A DNA stretch of 64,000 nt from Anthoceros angustus (Eukaryota > Plantae > Anthocerotophyta), in contig MU008161.1 of the NCBI GenBank assembly GCA_010909165.1, positions 2,170,001-2,234,000 of the forward strand. Reading direction: 5' to 3'. Position numbers and translations under genes: made by a program. Below the pieces are notes generated by a model. That model ran no database searches. It saw only the letters and a list, made by a program, of their open reading frames with translations, and was not told the origin of the DNA. Of the stretch, positions 37,484 to 50,009 are shown in pieces (positions within the stretch are counted from its first letter, which is position 1; each line of letters starts with the position of its first letter).

Positions 37484-38871
37484 CTAGCCCTTTTTCTCCT
37501 CGGTTTTGGGTTCTTCCTTCTTCTCCTCCTTCTTCTCTTCCTTCTTCTCTTCCTTCTTCTCTTCCTTCTTCTCTTCCTTCTTCTCTTCCTTCTTCTCTTC
37601 CTTCTTCTCTTCCTTCGTCTCTTCCTTCTTCTCTTCCTTTTTCTCTTCTGGCGGAGGTGGTGGTGGTGGTGGTGGAGGGATGACGGTCACTCTCGTCTTG
37701 CCTTTGTTGCACAGCTTGATGAGCATGTCACCTGTAATTGTCTCGCTTTGCACCACGATTTTACGATTCGCCCAATCCCACCTGATGGCGTCAATCCCTG
37801 TAGATCGAACTGCACACTCATGTATTACACGTCTCATGGAATGTAGGTCCCAGAGCAAAATGCAAATACAACCTGACCTGCACAATGGTTGAGCTTCTTC
37901 TTCACAGTCCTGTCGCATCCCTCGCAGCACACAGTGACTTTGAGCTCCACAGTCTGGAAAATGTAGCTCGTGATCTCAGCTGAAGTCACATAGATCTCTG
38001 AGCCAACTGCTAAGAATTCCAACGTTTTTCAACAGACCTTCGGGGGAGGTGGAGGAGGATCCTTTTTCTCCTCCTCTTTCTTCTCATCCTTCTTCTCATC
38101 CTTCTTCTCGTCCTTCTTCTCGTCCTTCTTCTCTTCCTTCTTCTCCTCCTTCGTCTCCTCCTTCTTCTCCTCCTTCTTCTCCTCCTTCTTCTCCTCCTTC
38201 TTCTCCTCCTTCTTCTCCTCCTTCTTCTCCTCCTTCTTCTCCTCCTTCGTCTCCTCCTTCTCCTTCTTCTCCTCCTTCTTCTCCTCCTTCTTCTCCTCCT
38301 TCTTCCTCCTCCTTCTTCTCCTCCTTCTTGTCGTCCTTCTTCTCGTCCTTCTTCTCGTCCTTCTTCTCGTCCTTCTTCTCGTCCTTCTTCTCATCCTTCT
38401 TCTCGTCCTTCTTCTCGTCCTTGGGCTTCTCCTCCTCCTTCTGCTTCTCTGGTTCAGGAGGAGGATCCATCCACCTCTGTGGCCAAGTGTGCACCCTGGA
38501 ATTGTAGAAAAACTGCACATCCATCCAAGCAGCATTCAGCACGATATCGATGTGAGCGCCCATGAATTCCTTGCAAGCTAGCTCATGCACAATCAATTCA
38601 GCACTCTGAACTCCAGCTCAATCAATTTCATCGTTAGCTCGCACCGGCAGCAAGTGGGCATCCTGAATAAATCTCAGACCAGGCATCCGTAAAAACATGA
38701 ATTCACCTCTGTCAGATCATCAACGTTTTGGGATCCAGACACAGTTCAAATCACAACATTCACGACCATGCAATCCACAGGTGCATCCGAATTCAAACGA
38801 ATTCTGATGCAGCAAAAGGCAGGCACCGTTACCTCGTTCACTAGCCAATCGAAGGCCCCGTACTCCGACAT
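37484..38871 (-). CDS. heavy-metal-associated (HMA) domain protein with long EEKK/DEKK repeats (HPP/HIPP-like)
   Basis: TVELKVTVCCEGCDRTVKKKL | GIDAIRWDWANRKIVV; first exon MSEYGAFDWLVNE; one frameshift near 38310 inside the repeat; no CaaX at the visible stop. Confidence 0.75.
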
Positions 38872-40108
38872 GGTTCCCTTCAGACACGGACTACCTAGCT
38901 AGCCCCTGAATTGTCCTGGAAGCGAGGGATCCGATCGGTTTGCAATTGAAGGGGGCAAGGAAGAAAACTGCGCAGCAAAGCGGATGCAAGAATGCGAGCT
39001 GACAAATGCTGGGTTGGAGAACAGAGAGTGGAAGGGGGCCGGAGTAGCCCAGAGGATAGATAGGCAGCAGCACTGAGCACAGCAAGAGAGAGTCATGGCT
39101 GGTAAGCAATCTTGTACATTGACAGGGACCCACGAGCATTCAGCCGGCCTGCGCATAAGCATTGCTTTCAGTCTATCACATCGGGGCTTTCCTGCCGGTC
39201 GGTCGGGAGAGAAACCAAGCCAAGCCAGGCCCCACATTTTTCCTCGTCGTCCTCAAGAAAGAGACGAACATCTTCACTCTTAGCCCAGCAGGCTGATTAA
39301 ACATGCTTTTCAACACCGACATTATGCTGCCCATACACGAGCTTTGCCAAATTCACAGCATATGCAAGATGAGATCTTGAATCAGCTTCTACTGGTCTCG
39401 ACTCAAAATCGCCAGAACTCAGCTTCCTTGTACACTGCAGTATTCTTAGCGCTGTGATTGTCTGTGCGGCTTACTCAATTTTCCATCACGAGAAACCTCG
39501 TCGTCTTGATTCCATTGAGAAGGCAATCCTGAACCCTTAGGATCGGCAATGATTCTAGCTGCCTCTCATTGTTGTTGTGGAAGCTACATGTGCACAAGCA
39601 ATGGCCATGCCTTCCTATAGCCAGTCACAATTCTCCGTGCAAGTGGCAGTAGTCTGAGACATGTACTGTTGCCATACGAGCTTTTCTTTCATCCTGTTTT
39701 GCTCAGCGATGCTAGATCGCTTTTCAACAATGGTGTTGGTTTGTTTGTCTTTCTTTCTGCATCACTTGTTGGGCTTGATACGACCATTTATCTTCTGCTT
39801 TTTCTTCGGAAGGCTTCCTGCATCTGCTTCCACAGCCATGTTTACCTCTCTTTGCCTGGCCAGCTTTGTCCAACTAATTCTCTTTGGAGGACTGTAATAC
39901 AGCTCCTATTTGCTCAGCTCCTATTTTTTAAGAGTAGTTTGACGATCGATTCCTCGTTTTTAACCAATAGGCAACGTCCTTCGCTGTAACATAACATGTG
40001 TGTAAACGGATTTGCGGTACGGGTGAATCCCGATCCCCTGCGTAAGCATGGCTGCCAGCTTGAAGGTTGTGCTGAGGTTGCGGAAGCAAGTGGCTTCTAC
40101 CAGCAGAG

Positions 40109-43100
40109 ATGGATACGGGCAGTATCATCTGCGCAATTAGCTCAAATGCAGCACTGGAGCTGGGAAAGCTTCATCTCGTGGGTTCAGCGTATGCCTCTGC
40201 GAATCATGACTGGCTGGCGGCAGGACCTGTTATGGTAGCTGGATTTCCAGACTCGACAAGGAAAATATGGTGGGATGACAGGTGCTGTAGGGTCCTTACT
40301 TCCAGGTTTGAAGCGATAGGAACCCACCAACCTGACGAGGTGCTGTGGCTGAACGAACTCAGCGAGCCCGCTCGGGTGCGCATCCGTGTAGGATACGAAG
40401 GGGTTGTGACAGTAAAAACTTTGAGCAAGATATGCCAGCAGGGGCATATCACTGAGGCTGTTGAAGCTCTGGGAGTTCTGGTGCAGACGGGCTGTCATGT
40501 TTCTCCGTCTGCGTTTTATACTGTTTTGAAAAATTGCGTGGCTCAGAAGCATCTTGTTCTGAGTCGCATTGTCCATGCTCTCAGCGTGAAAGAGGGCTAT
40601 GGGTCGGACACGTTCTTGTGCAACAACATCATGCGAATGTATGCTGCTCATGGCAGGTTGTGTGAAGCTATGGAAGTGTTCGCAGTGGTGGCCCAGCCGG
40701 ATGCCTTCTCGTGGTCTGCCATAATTTCTGCGCATGTTAAACAGGGGCACGATAAGAAGGCCATAGAGCTTTACCGTCAGATGCGCAGGTCAAGTGTGAA
40801 GCCGGATGGCCATGTGTTTGTAGCAGCCCTTCAGGCTTGTGCAAGGGTGGCAGACTTGGAGACTGGTCAGCAGGTGCATGCTGATGTGCTGGCCAGTGGT
40901 CTTGAGCCTCATCTGTTTGTCTGGAATTCGTTGCTGGATATGTATGCAAAATGTGGCAGCTTGGAAGAGGCTCAAAGAGTGTTTGACGGACTTGGTCGGA
41001 AAAATGTTGTGACCTGGACCGTGCTGATAGCAGGATATTCCCAGCAGGGTAAGGGGCAGGAAGCTCTTCGTCTTTACGGTGCTATGCAAAAAGAAGGCAT
41101 TATTGCACCTGATGCTGTGACACTTGTGCGCCTCTTGCAGGCATGTGTGAGTGTGGGCACGGTGGCTTTGGATAATGGGAAGCAGCTCCATGCACAAGTT
41201 AGGGAAGAAGGACTTGAGGCTGATGTGTTTGTGGCCAGTAGTTTGTTGCACATGTATGCCAAATGTGGCAGCTTAGAAGATGCTCAAGGAGTGTTTGATG
41301 GGCTTCCTCAGAAGGATGTGGTGATGTGGAATGCCATGATTGCAGGATATTCCCAGCAGGGCAGGGGGAAGGAAGCTCTTCGTCTGTACAGGGCAATGGA
41401 AGAAGAGGGCATTGTGGCACCTGATTCAGTGACTTTTTTGTCCCTCTTGCAGGCATGTGCAAGTATAGGCATCCCGGCTTTGGAGAAGGGGAGGCAACTT
41501 CATGCACGAGTTAAAGAGCTGGGACTTGAAGCTGACTTGTTTGTAGCTAGCTGTTTGGTGAGCATGTATGCGAAATGCGGCAGCCTGCAAGATGCTCAAA
41601 GGTTGTTTGATGGGCTTCCTCAGAGGGATGTGGTGATGTGGAATGCCATGATTGCAGGATATTCCGAACAGGGCATGGGTCAGGAAGCCCTCCGTCTCCA
41701 CAGTGCCCTGCAAGAAGAGGGCATCGCTGCACCCAATTCTGTAACCTTTGTATGCCTTCTGCAGGCATGTGCAAATTTGGGCATTCCAGCTCTTGAGAAT
41801 GGGAAGCAGCTTCATGCACAGATTGTAGAACGAGGTCTCCAATCTGATGTGACTGTGGCCAACAGTTTGGTAAACATGTATGGAAAGTGTGGCAGCCTAG
41901 AGGATGCTCAGGGCGTGTTTGATGGATTGGGCCAAAAAAATGTGGTGACGTGGAATGCCATGATAGGAGGATATTCCCAGCAGGGCATGGGACAGGAAGC
42001 CCTGCGTCTCTACGGAGTTATGCAAGAAGAAGGTGTTGCTGCACCCAATGCCGTGACATTTGCGTGCCTCCTGCAGGCATGTGCCAGTGTCGGTGGTTTG
42101 GCTTTGGAGACTGGGAGGCTGCTTCATTCACAGATCCAAGGACGACGGCTTGAGGCTGATATCTTTCTAGCCAACAGTTTGGTAAACATGTATGCCAAGT
42201 GTGGAAGCTTAGAGGAGGCTCAGAGTGTGTTTGATGGACTTGGTGAAAAGAATGTGGTAACATGGAATGCCATGATAGCAGGGTATTCCCAGCAGGGCAT
42301 GGGGCGTGAAGCATTGGGTTTGTACAGCGCCATGCAAGAAGAAGGCATTCTTGCACCTGATTCTGCGACGTTTGTTTTCCTTCTGCAGGCATGTGCGAGT
42401 GTGGGGGCCCCAGCTTTGGAGGAGGGGAAGCAGCTTCATGCACAGATTAGAGGATGTGGACTCGAGACTGATGTGTATGTAGCCAACACTTTGGTAGACA
42501 TGTATGCTAAATGCGGCAGGTTGGAAGATGCTCAGAGTTTATTTGATGGACTTGGTGAAAAGAATGTCGTGACCTGGACAGCACTGATAGCAGGATATTC
42601 TCAGCAGGGCATGGGGCAGGAGGCACTTCATCTCTACAGGACTATGCAAGAAGAAGGCATCGTCACACCCAACACCGCGACATTTGTGTGCCTCCTGCAA
42701 GCGTGTGGAAGCGTTGCAGCTTTAGATCTGGGAAGGCAGCTTCATGCACAGATTAAAGATCAGGGCCTGGACAGTGATGGGCGTGTAGCAGTCAGCTTGA
42801 TAGACATGTACGCAAAGTCTGGGAGCACGGTTGATGCACAGCAGGTGTTTAAAGCATTGCCCCACAGAGACGTCGTCACCTGGAATGCACTGATTGCAGG
42901 CTACACCCGCCAAGGAGACAGTGATGCTGTGTTCAACTCATTTCACAAAATGAGAGAGGATGGCATACAACCATCCAGCATCACATTCCTCAGTGTACTC
43001 ACAGCATGCAGTCATGCAGGTCTGGTGAACAAGGGGCGAGATTTCTTCAAAGCCATGAGCAGCCACTATGGCATCACTCCCGCTGGAGAGCACCATACCT

Positions 43101-43585
43101 GCATGGTGGACCTCCTCGGTCGTGCTGGCCATCTGGACGAGGCACTATCTCTGGTAAGAACAATGCCTGTACCCCCTGACTCCGCTGTCTGGCACACTCT
43201 ACTGGGTGCCTGTCGAAAGTGGAAGAACGTGAAGGTAGGACAGCTTGCTTTCAACGAAGCCCTGAAGCTGGACCAGAAAGACCCCGTCGCATACGTGTCC
43301 ATGTCAAACATCTATGCCGGTGCCCAGATGTGGGAGCAGGCACAGGAGATGCAGGCCAGGAGAACAGGAATCGGGGCATGGAAGCAGCCAGGCCAGAGCT
43401 GGTGGACAGACGAGGAGGGACTGGTGCACACATTTCTGGTGGGGGATGAAAAGCATCCTGAGAGTGAACAAATATATGCCAGGCTGAAAGATTTAATCTC
43501 CAAAACCAGGGAACAAGGCTTGTATAATGCACATCTGGTGAATTACTGGACACCCAGGGAAATGACATCTCATGCAAAGAAGTAA
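40109..43585 (+). CDS. intronless PLS-class PPR protein with E1/E2/E+ domains, no complete DYW domain (organellar RNA editing factor)
   Basis: Repeated MYAKCGSLEEA / VVTWNAMIAGYSQQG / TFVCLLQAC motifs; HHTCMVDLLGRAGHL, KQPGQSWWTD, HTFLVGD. Confidence 0.95.
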   Translation: MDTGSIICAISSNAALELGKLHLVGSAYASANHDWLAAGPVMVAGFPDSTRKIWWDDRCCRVLTSRFEAIGTHQPDEVLWLNELSEPARVRIRVGYEGVVTVKTLSKICQQGHITEAVEALGVLVQTGCHVSPSAFYTVLKNCVAQKHLVLSRIVHALSVKEGYGSDTFLCNNIMRMYAAHGRLCEAMEVFAVVAQPDAFSWSAIISAHVKQGHDKKAIELYRQMRRSSVKPDGHVFVAALQACARVADLETGQQVHADVLASGLEPHLFVWNSLLDMYAKCGSLEEAQRVFDGLGRKNVVTWTVLIAGYSQQGKGQEALRLYGAMQKEGIIAPDAVTLVRLLQACVSVGTVALDNGKQLHAQVREEGLEADVFVASSLLHMYAKCGSLEDAQGVFDGLPQKDVVMWNAMIAGYSQQGRGKEALRLYRAMEEEGIVAPDSVTFLSLLQACASIGIPALEKGRQLHARVKELGLEADLFVASCLVSMYAKCGSLQDAQRLFDGLPQRDVVMWNAMIAGYSEQGMGQEALRLHSALQEEGIAAPNSVTFVCLLQACANLGIPALENGKQLHAQIVERGLQSDVTVANSLVNMYGKCGSLEDAQGVFDGLGQKNVVTWNAMIGGYSQQGMGQEALRLYGVMQEEGVAAPNAVTFACLLQACASVGGLALETGRLLHSQIQGRRLEADIFLANSLVNMYAKCGSLEEAQSVFDGLGEKNVVTWNAMIAGYSQQGMGREALGLYSAMQEEGILAPDSATFVFLLQACASVGAPALEEGKQLHAQIRGCGLETDVYVANTLVDMYAKCGRLEDAQSLFDGLGEKNVVTWTALIAGYSQQGMGQEALHLYRTMQEEGIVTPNTATFVCLLQACGSVAALDLGRQLHAQIKDQGLDSDGRVAVSLIDMYAKSGSTVDAQQVFKALPHRDVVTWNALIAGYTRQGDSDAVFNSFHKMREDGIQPSSITFLSVLTACSHAGLVNKGRDFFKAMSSHYGITPAGEHHTCMVDLLGRAGHLDEALSLVRTMPVPPDSAVWHTLLGACRKWKNVKVGQLAFNEALKLDQKDPVAYVSMSNIYAGAQMWEQAQEMQARRTGIGAWKQPGQSWWTDEEGLVHTFLVGDEKHPESEQIYARLKDLISKTREQGLYNAHLVNYWTPREMTSHAKK

Positions 43586-44044
43586 GCTAGTACCCGTTAG
43601 AAAATCCACATACATGACCAGGCATCTCCCCATCTGGCATCCAGTCTTGCTGATCATCGAGCTACCATTGTAGGAAGGTACGTTGTGGGCGTGAGAGTAT
43701 GAAATGTGCACTGTCCTAGGACGAGGCGTCAATGATCATGATTCAGCATCGATCACAACGAAACCCAGGCGGGAGGGCCACTTAACGGAAGCCAGCCTGT
43801 TAAGCGTGTTAAACCAGCGGGTGACGGTACAGCCAAGTGTGGTCCTGATGCCGGGAACGATGATCATGTGAGCCTCGAAGGAGGCAAATTCCTTGCCCGC
43901 TTTCCCTCCATTTCTGGCCGCTTCCCCCCATTTTCTCCGCCTTCTTTGTGAGGCCTGCACTCAGCGCTCTGTCGCAGTCTCGCAACTCTGTTTCCCTGCT
44001 TCCGGCTTTGCCCTGCCTGCGGATCCTGGGCGGCCGCATGCAGG

Positions 44045-45645
44045 ATGACCAAGAGGAGACGGCGGAGCAAGGTGTTGCTGTCGCAGATATATAAAAGGGA
44101 GGAGTCGTCGCTGTTTGGGAATAAGCGGGTGAACAACAATTATGAGGACAAAATGTGCGAGGCTTGCAAGCAGGGGGATGCCGAGGAGGCAATGTTGCTT
44201 TGCGACCAATGCGACCGGGGCTACCACATGTACTGCCTCTGCCCCATTCTGGTCACCCTGCCCAAGGGGGACTGGTTCTGCCCCTGCTGCTCCACCAAGG
44301 ACAACGTTGTAGGTCCGCTTCAGCTCATCGTCTCGCTCTTGGGTCTCTCGGTTTTTTTGTTGGGTCGTCTGGGTTGCATAGCAGCAGTGTTTTCTTGCCC
44401 GATTCTGGAAATGGGTTTGTGTTTTTGCGAGGTGGGATGGTTGGGTTGCGTTGCCTTTCGCTGAGCCAGATGGTGTCACCTGTGTTGCAGAATTTCCCAA
44501 GGTTCAGAAGAAGATCGTTGACTTTTTTAGGATACAGCGGCCGCTGCAAGACCCTGCCGGTAAGGACAATCTTCCTTCTGTTTCGTTGCCCTTGCCCTGA
44601 GGAAAATGTGGGATGAAGTTTTGCGTGCGAATCTGTGCTGAGATGATGTGCGGGATGGATGTCCGCAGCTGAGACCAAAAAGCGGAGGAGAAGTTCTGGG
44701 TCTCTTGGTTTGTATAAAAGAAAGCGGAAATTGTTAGCTTACTCTCCCACGAAGGATCCAGTCCGGAGATTGGAGCAGATGGCGTCTCTGGCCACGGCGC
44801 TGACAAGTTGTGGAGTGGAGTACAGCGATGAGCTGACATACATGCCTGGGCTGGCGCCCAGATCAGCTAACTGTGCAAGATATGAGAAGGGAGGGATGCA
44901 AGTAAGTGAGCACATCTGGTTTCCTGGCATGAATGTCATCCAGTGCTATTGTGCTTCCAGTACCTGATGGTGGAAATTGGTGGTTCAGGAAATAACCAAA
45001 GATGATAAAGCCACACTGGATTTGTGCAAGTCCATGTCCTCGCAAGGGGACTGGCCTCCTTTGATGGTCACCCGTGATCCTCGAGAAGGGTGAGTTAGTC
45101 TCACCTTCTTTGTTAGCATTTGCTTGTGTGCAATGCTTTGGGTCTGTGTGCTCTGCTCTTACACCTTCAGCTGGTGCAGGTTTGTCGTTCATGCTGACAG
45201 CCATATCAAGGATATGACCCTGGTGGCGGAGTACACTGGGGATGTGGATTACATGAGCAACCGGGAGCATGACGAAGGTGATAGCATGATGGGATTGTTG
45301 TTCACTGAAGATCCTAGTGATGAGCTGGTTATCTGTCCTGACAAGCGTGGCAATATTGCCCGATTTATCTCAGGCATCAACAACCATTCTCCGTAAGTCA
45401 TCAACTCCGTTGAAGTGGGAATGACTGAATGCTGTTTACTACTGGGCTTTCTCGTTATGACTCGGGTTTCTGTGATGGACTGTAGGGAGGCGAAGAAGAA
45501 ACAAAACCTGAGATGCATAAGGTTCAACGTGGATGGAGAATCCCGAACATTTTTGGTTGCTGTAAGAGAAATCGCCAAGGGTGAGCGACTATACTATGAC
45601 TACAATGCATATCAAAAGGAGTACCCTACAGAACACTTCGTGTGA
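44045..45645 (+). CDS. ATXR6: histone H3K27 monomethyltransferase ATXR5/6, multi-exon
   Basis: PHD finger, PIP box QKKIVDFF, RRLEQMASLATAL, SET motifs RGNIARFISGINNH, GERLYYDYNAYQKEYPTEHFV*; ATXR5 vs ATXR6 not resolved. Confidence 0.93.
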
Positions 45646-45949
45646 AGTGTTGTCAGGCATCGCCACATTCTTCCAACTCTCTGGAAGATGGCTCGTTGTA
45701 TATTTAAGACACACAAAGGGTCACGCACCTAGAGCTTGAAGGAAGCACGGCAGTGCACATATACGATGGAGCGGCCGGGAACTAACTTATCGTGAAGACA
45801 GGAAGGCAAGCCCATGCTGCTTCCCCAGCAAGTAACTAGTCTAAGCCAGCCTTGCAAATTGTGAGGCAAACTCAGACACATCTACAAACGAGGCTCCTGA
45901 AACCTCAGGTGCAAGCTAGTCTTCGCTGTCTGGGCATATTAAGGAAGCC

Positions 45950-45994
45950 GGGCTTGGGCTTGGGCTTGGGCTTGGGCTTGGGCTTGGGCTTGGG
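45950..45994. repeat. (GGGCTT)7 microsatellite
   Basis: Directly visible. Confidence 0.9.
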
Positions 45995-46631
45995 CCCATG
46001 CCAAAAAGTCCCCTTGCACTAGGCACCTTCACCACTGCGATGTGATTCCGTCTTGGCCAACTTCAGCCTATGGCGTCTTGTTTTTGAAATGAATCAGGAG
46101 GTAAATATGTGTTATAAGCCAAATATGCTGATCGTGTTTTCCTACTATGTGCTAAGTTGAGGCTAACAACCAGTAACCTATTTTGTAAACTATGTGAAGC
46201 TTGTTAACTAACTTTCTTTTCTAGTGTATTAGTAGTAAAAATAAAAATAGCTATTTAGAAAAATATATAACTTATATATATAATTGATATTTTAAGATCT
46301 TATTATGAGATATTGATGTATTTCTTAAATCTATTAATTAAGAAATAGAACTTTCGGTCGAAAAACTAGATAAACACCTTCTATATATGTAGTCACTAGT
46401 TCTCCTGGTGTTCCTTCCTTAAGTCTTCCACCCATTGAAAGTGTTGTCTATGTATATTGATTATTATCCCCTTTCTATGTATTGATCTTTCATTGCTCTA
46501 TGTAAAACTACATTTGCATTCAGAAGATCTCTCTATTCTTCATTCATGCATTGTAGAAGTATGTTTTATAACATTTCTAATATTATGATTGTATTTGTAA
46601 TTTTGATTGAAGACTCGATGGCCTGTAGCAG

Positions 46632-46930
46632 TATGAGCATTGACTTTTTTGTGAACCTTCTTCTCTTCTATGGAGCTATTATGAGCATTGACTTTTTTGT
46701 GAACCTTCTTCTCTTCTAGGGAGCTATTATGAGCATTGTCTTTTTTATGAGCCTCCTTGTCTTCTTACGAGTCATTATAAGCATTGTCTCTTTTATAAGT
46801 TTCCTTGTCTTCTTGTTGGGTATCATGAGCATTGTCTCTGTTATGAGCCTCCTTGTCTTGTTGGGAGTTATTATAAGCGTTCTCTCTTTTATGACCCTCC
46901 TTGTCCTTTTGAGAGTTATATGGAGGCTTA
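46632..46930. repeat. degenerate 45-48 bp tandem repeat, ~6 copies
   Basis: tat(g)agcattg(a/t)cttttt..tg(a)gcct recurrent. Confidence 0.7.
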
Positions 46931-47133
46931 TGCATAGCGCAAAAAAGAGATTTACGCATTTGATTATAGTGCATAGTAGAAAATTAAAATTTAATATATA
47001 TATATATATATATTAAAATATTTTAATTCAATATTAGATTTGTAGAGTAGATAAGTATGTTGAGATTAAATAGGATAAATCATGTTACGTTCGAACTACC
47101 AAGCCTAGCTTGTACACCATGTGATTTAGTAAA

Positions 47134-47382
47134 GCTGGAGTATGCCTAAAGATGAATTTCTAAGTATGTTTCTGATCATGGACAAATTGTTGGTTGGTGG
47201 TGTGTATGTAATCAAGGGACGTATTATTATTACCTCTCGAGCTTGGTTTCCATCTTTTGCTGGAGTATGCCTAAAGATGAATTTCTAAGTATGTTTCTGA
47301 TCATGGACAAATTGTTGGTTGGTGGTGTGTATGTAATCAAGGGACGTATTATTATTACCTCTCGAGCTTGGTTTCCATCTTT
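47134..47382. repeat. perfect-looking 125-bp tandem duplication
   Basis: gctggagtatgcctaaagatg at 47134 and 47259. Confidence 0.9.
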
Positions 47383-47652
47383 CGTTACATTTACAGCTTT
47401 CTAGTAGATAAGTTTGTTGAGATTAAATACTATAAGTCATAACACCATAATGTTCTTTCCGTCGAAACAATGAACGCCTGTTCTAGAAACATCGCCGCCG
47501 GTTCGTATTTCTTGTCCTTCGATTCATCCTTGTGATTCGTATTTCTTGTCCTGCAAATTCCTTGTGGGTTATATTTCTTGTCCCCTTACCGATTCGGCTC
47601 ATGAGTAAGACAACGGAAACGATTGGACCGCACTATGCATGCAAGACTCAGT

Positions 47653-47883
47653 AAAGCCTAGTTTACAGCATACGGCTATTTCATTTCATGGACCGAGAGA
47701 ATATAGTTTAGTGTTTTTAGGCCCGCACCATCGGTATATTTGTAAGAGAAAACATAAAAATTTCTTGAAAGCCTAGTTTACAAGATACTGCTATTTCATT
47801 TCATGGATCGAGAGAATATAGTTTAGTGTTTTTAGGCCCGCACCATCGGTATATTTGTAAGAGAAAACATAAATATTTCTTGA
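47653..47883. repeat. 115-bp tandem duplication
   Basis: aaagcctagtttaca at 47653 and 47768. Confidence 0.88.
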
Positions 47884-48832
47884 AAACGTTCCGGGCACAG
47901 ATCAAGTAATTACCCTAAAACCATAGTAGGATGCCGGCATACCGGTGGCCTTGCACATAAAAACACATAATCAAACCGCTGATAGCCGGTCTTTAGGTTT
48001 ACGGGGCATTACATGTGTCACAGTTCGGGATCAACTTTGGGATTACTACACACATGCGAGACACATCGAGGATGACGGTAATGTTTCTAAGGCGACTGTC
48101 ATCTGCGTCTTCGAAAGTGTCTACTAGTAGCCTTCATTGCCTCTGCATCATCTTCCTCTATCCCATCAACTTCTGAGGCAGAAGGCCATGCTGTATCAAG
48201 TGTTTGTTGACCCTCATCCAAAAGGTGGGTGCTAGCATGCTTTGGTGCTCACTTAAGTGTTATTGTATTTGACGTTAATGTATAAAAATATATATATTAT
48301 TATAATATCCATTTCACATAAACAACTGTTGAGTTCACTTGGACGGGTTTGTCCACAGACACAAAGTTCATTTAACCACAATTGTGATGAACCGGCCAGG
48401 GCCCGTTGGTTTATGGCGGGAATTTGAATTGGATTATTTACCTAGTGGATCGGGTTGCGTACCACCACTCAACTCTCTAGAGCGTGAGTCCCCAACCACT
48501 GATTTCCTCGGCCTTGGCGGTTCTCAGAGGTTGACTTCCTGTGCACTTGTCATTTGTCCGATGTGGAGAAGGAGTATGAACTCGTGGGTGATGACACTAA
48601 GAACCTAGCGTGGTTGCTCTCCGCGGCGGTCACACTATGTTGCAACCAAACCGACATCCAGGATCCGCTCAACAGGTGGAGGCGCGAGTTTCGGCGTGGC
48701 CGGATGGATGTTGATGCTAGTGCACCTGTGGATGATGAGTCGACCGAGCGGTGGTGGATGCAAGTTATGCCAGGTTCAAGCATGTGACGCTGGCGTGCGT
48801 ACGCTTGGCTGCATTAGCGCCGCGTACGTCGC

Positions 48833-49338
48833 CGGTTGAAGCTTGCGGTCTTTGGGTGATGTGTCTCGTATTTCGCAAGATGCACATGCTCGCGGTGGAG
48901 GTAATCTGCTACTGTGCCATTCGTGTATCGTGTGGGGCCTTGTTAATGGGTGCTTGTGTCGCTCTTAACTCAAGCCTTTTGGTAAAGTGCGTCGTCATGG
49001 GGTGGCGCGAGCGTACGTCGATGATGGTATGCCATCGATGCGGTGGTGGATCACGATTATGCTGGGTTAGCTACAGGGATGTTGGCGGCTTGCGGTGATA
49101 CTAGCTGACCGCTTCTGCCAAATCTTGCATGCTCGGTTCAAGCTTGCGGTGCTGGGTGATGTGTCTGGTCGTACGCAAGATACATGCATGCTCGCGGTGG
49201 AGGTAATGACGCTCTTTGTGCCATTCGTGTATCGTGTGGGGCCTTGTTAATGGGTGCTTGTCGCTCTTAACTCAAGCCTTTTTGGTAAAGTGCAGAGTCA
49301 TGGGGGTAGTGTGCGTATAGCATGCTGATGATGGTATT
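48833..49338. repeat. diverged ~200-bp direct duplication (spacing ~300 bp)
   Basis: gcttgcggt...gtgccattcgtgtatcgtgtggggccttgttaatgggtgcttg occurs twice. Confidence 0.8.
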
Positions 49339-50009
49339 GTGGCATGGCCCGTTCACCAGCAAGCCAACGGCAAGCATGGGCTGAACAGAAGCGTCGTCAG
49401 AGGGAAAAGCAGGCCCAAACAACTGCATCTGCAAACATCCAGCGGGTTATCGAGCACTTCATAACTGTATGAATCTTCTTTAATCCAACCTGACACACAT
49501 GAGAAGGAAAACATCAGAATATGCTTGTACATGCCGTGCAGGCATGTGGCCTGTAATGGAGGCTCGGATCATGAAGCACGGTATAGCCGCTACAAATCCT
49601 TTTGGCCGAGCAGGCATTGACAAATTTGCTGAGAGATTTCGGAAGATATGGGGCAGGGAACCAAGTAAGGCAGAGGCGCGATGGGGGGCACATAATTCGG
49701 TGGAAAGGATGCAGGTTATGGGATGCTCTTCGGTCGGCCCGGTAAGTGTATATTTTACTTGATTGCTTCTTCCTGAATGGCTACGTTGCACTTACATGGG
49801 TACTTGATGTCCATCAGCAGATACCTTGGTTGGAACACCAGTTGAGGAGGAGGAGATCCCATTTCTTTGGAAGGAGGTTGGCATTTAACTTAGTAGAGGC
49901 GGTCATGGAAATGCAAATCGAAACACGGTTGACAATCATGTCAAGCTCAGAACAAGAGGCACAGAACAAGCGACATGTGGGATTGCTCTTGTTGGAGCTT
50001 CGTGTCTAT

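Noticed and set aside
39300-39950. Purine-rich coding-like minus-strand stretch upstream of the HMA gene
   Set aside because: Frames are short and broken; no family recognised
43560-43700. Continuation of a DYW deaminase domain after the PPR stop
   Set aside because: Beyond HAKK*A, no frame shows KNLR.C.DCH or a DYW-like end
47134-47382. Possible tandem C/D snoRNAs
   Set aside because: No RUGAUGA C box or terminal stem; explained as a plain duplication
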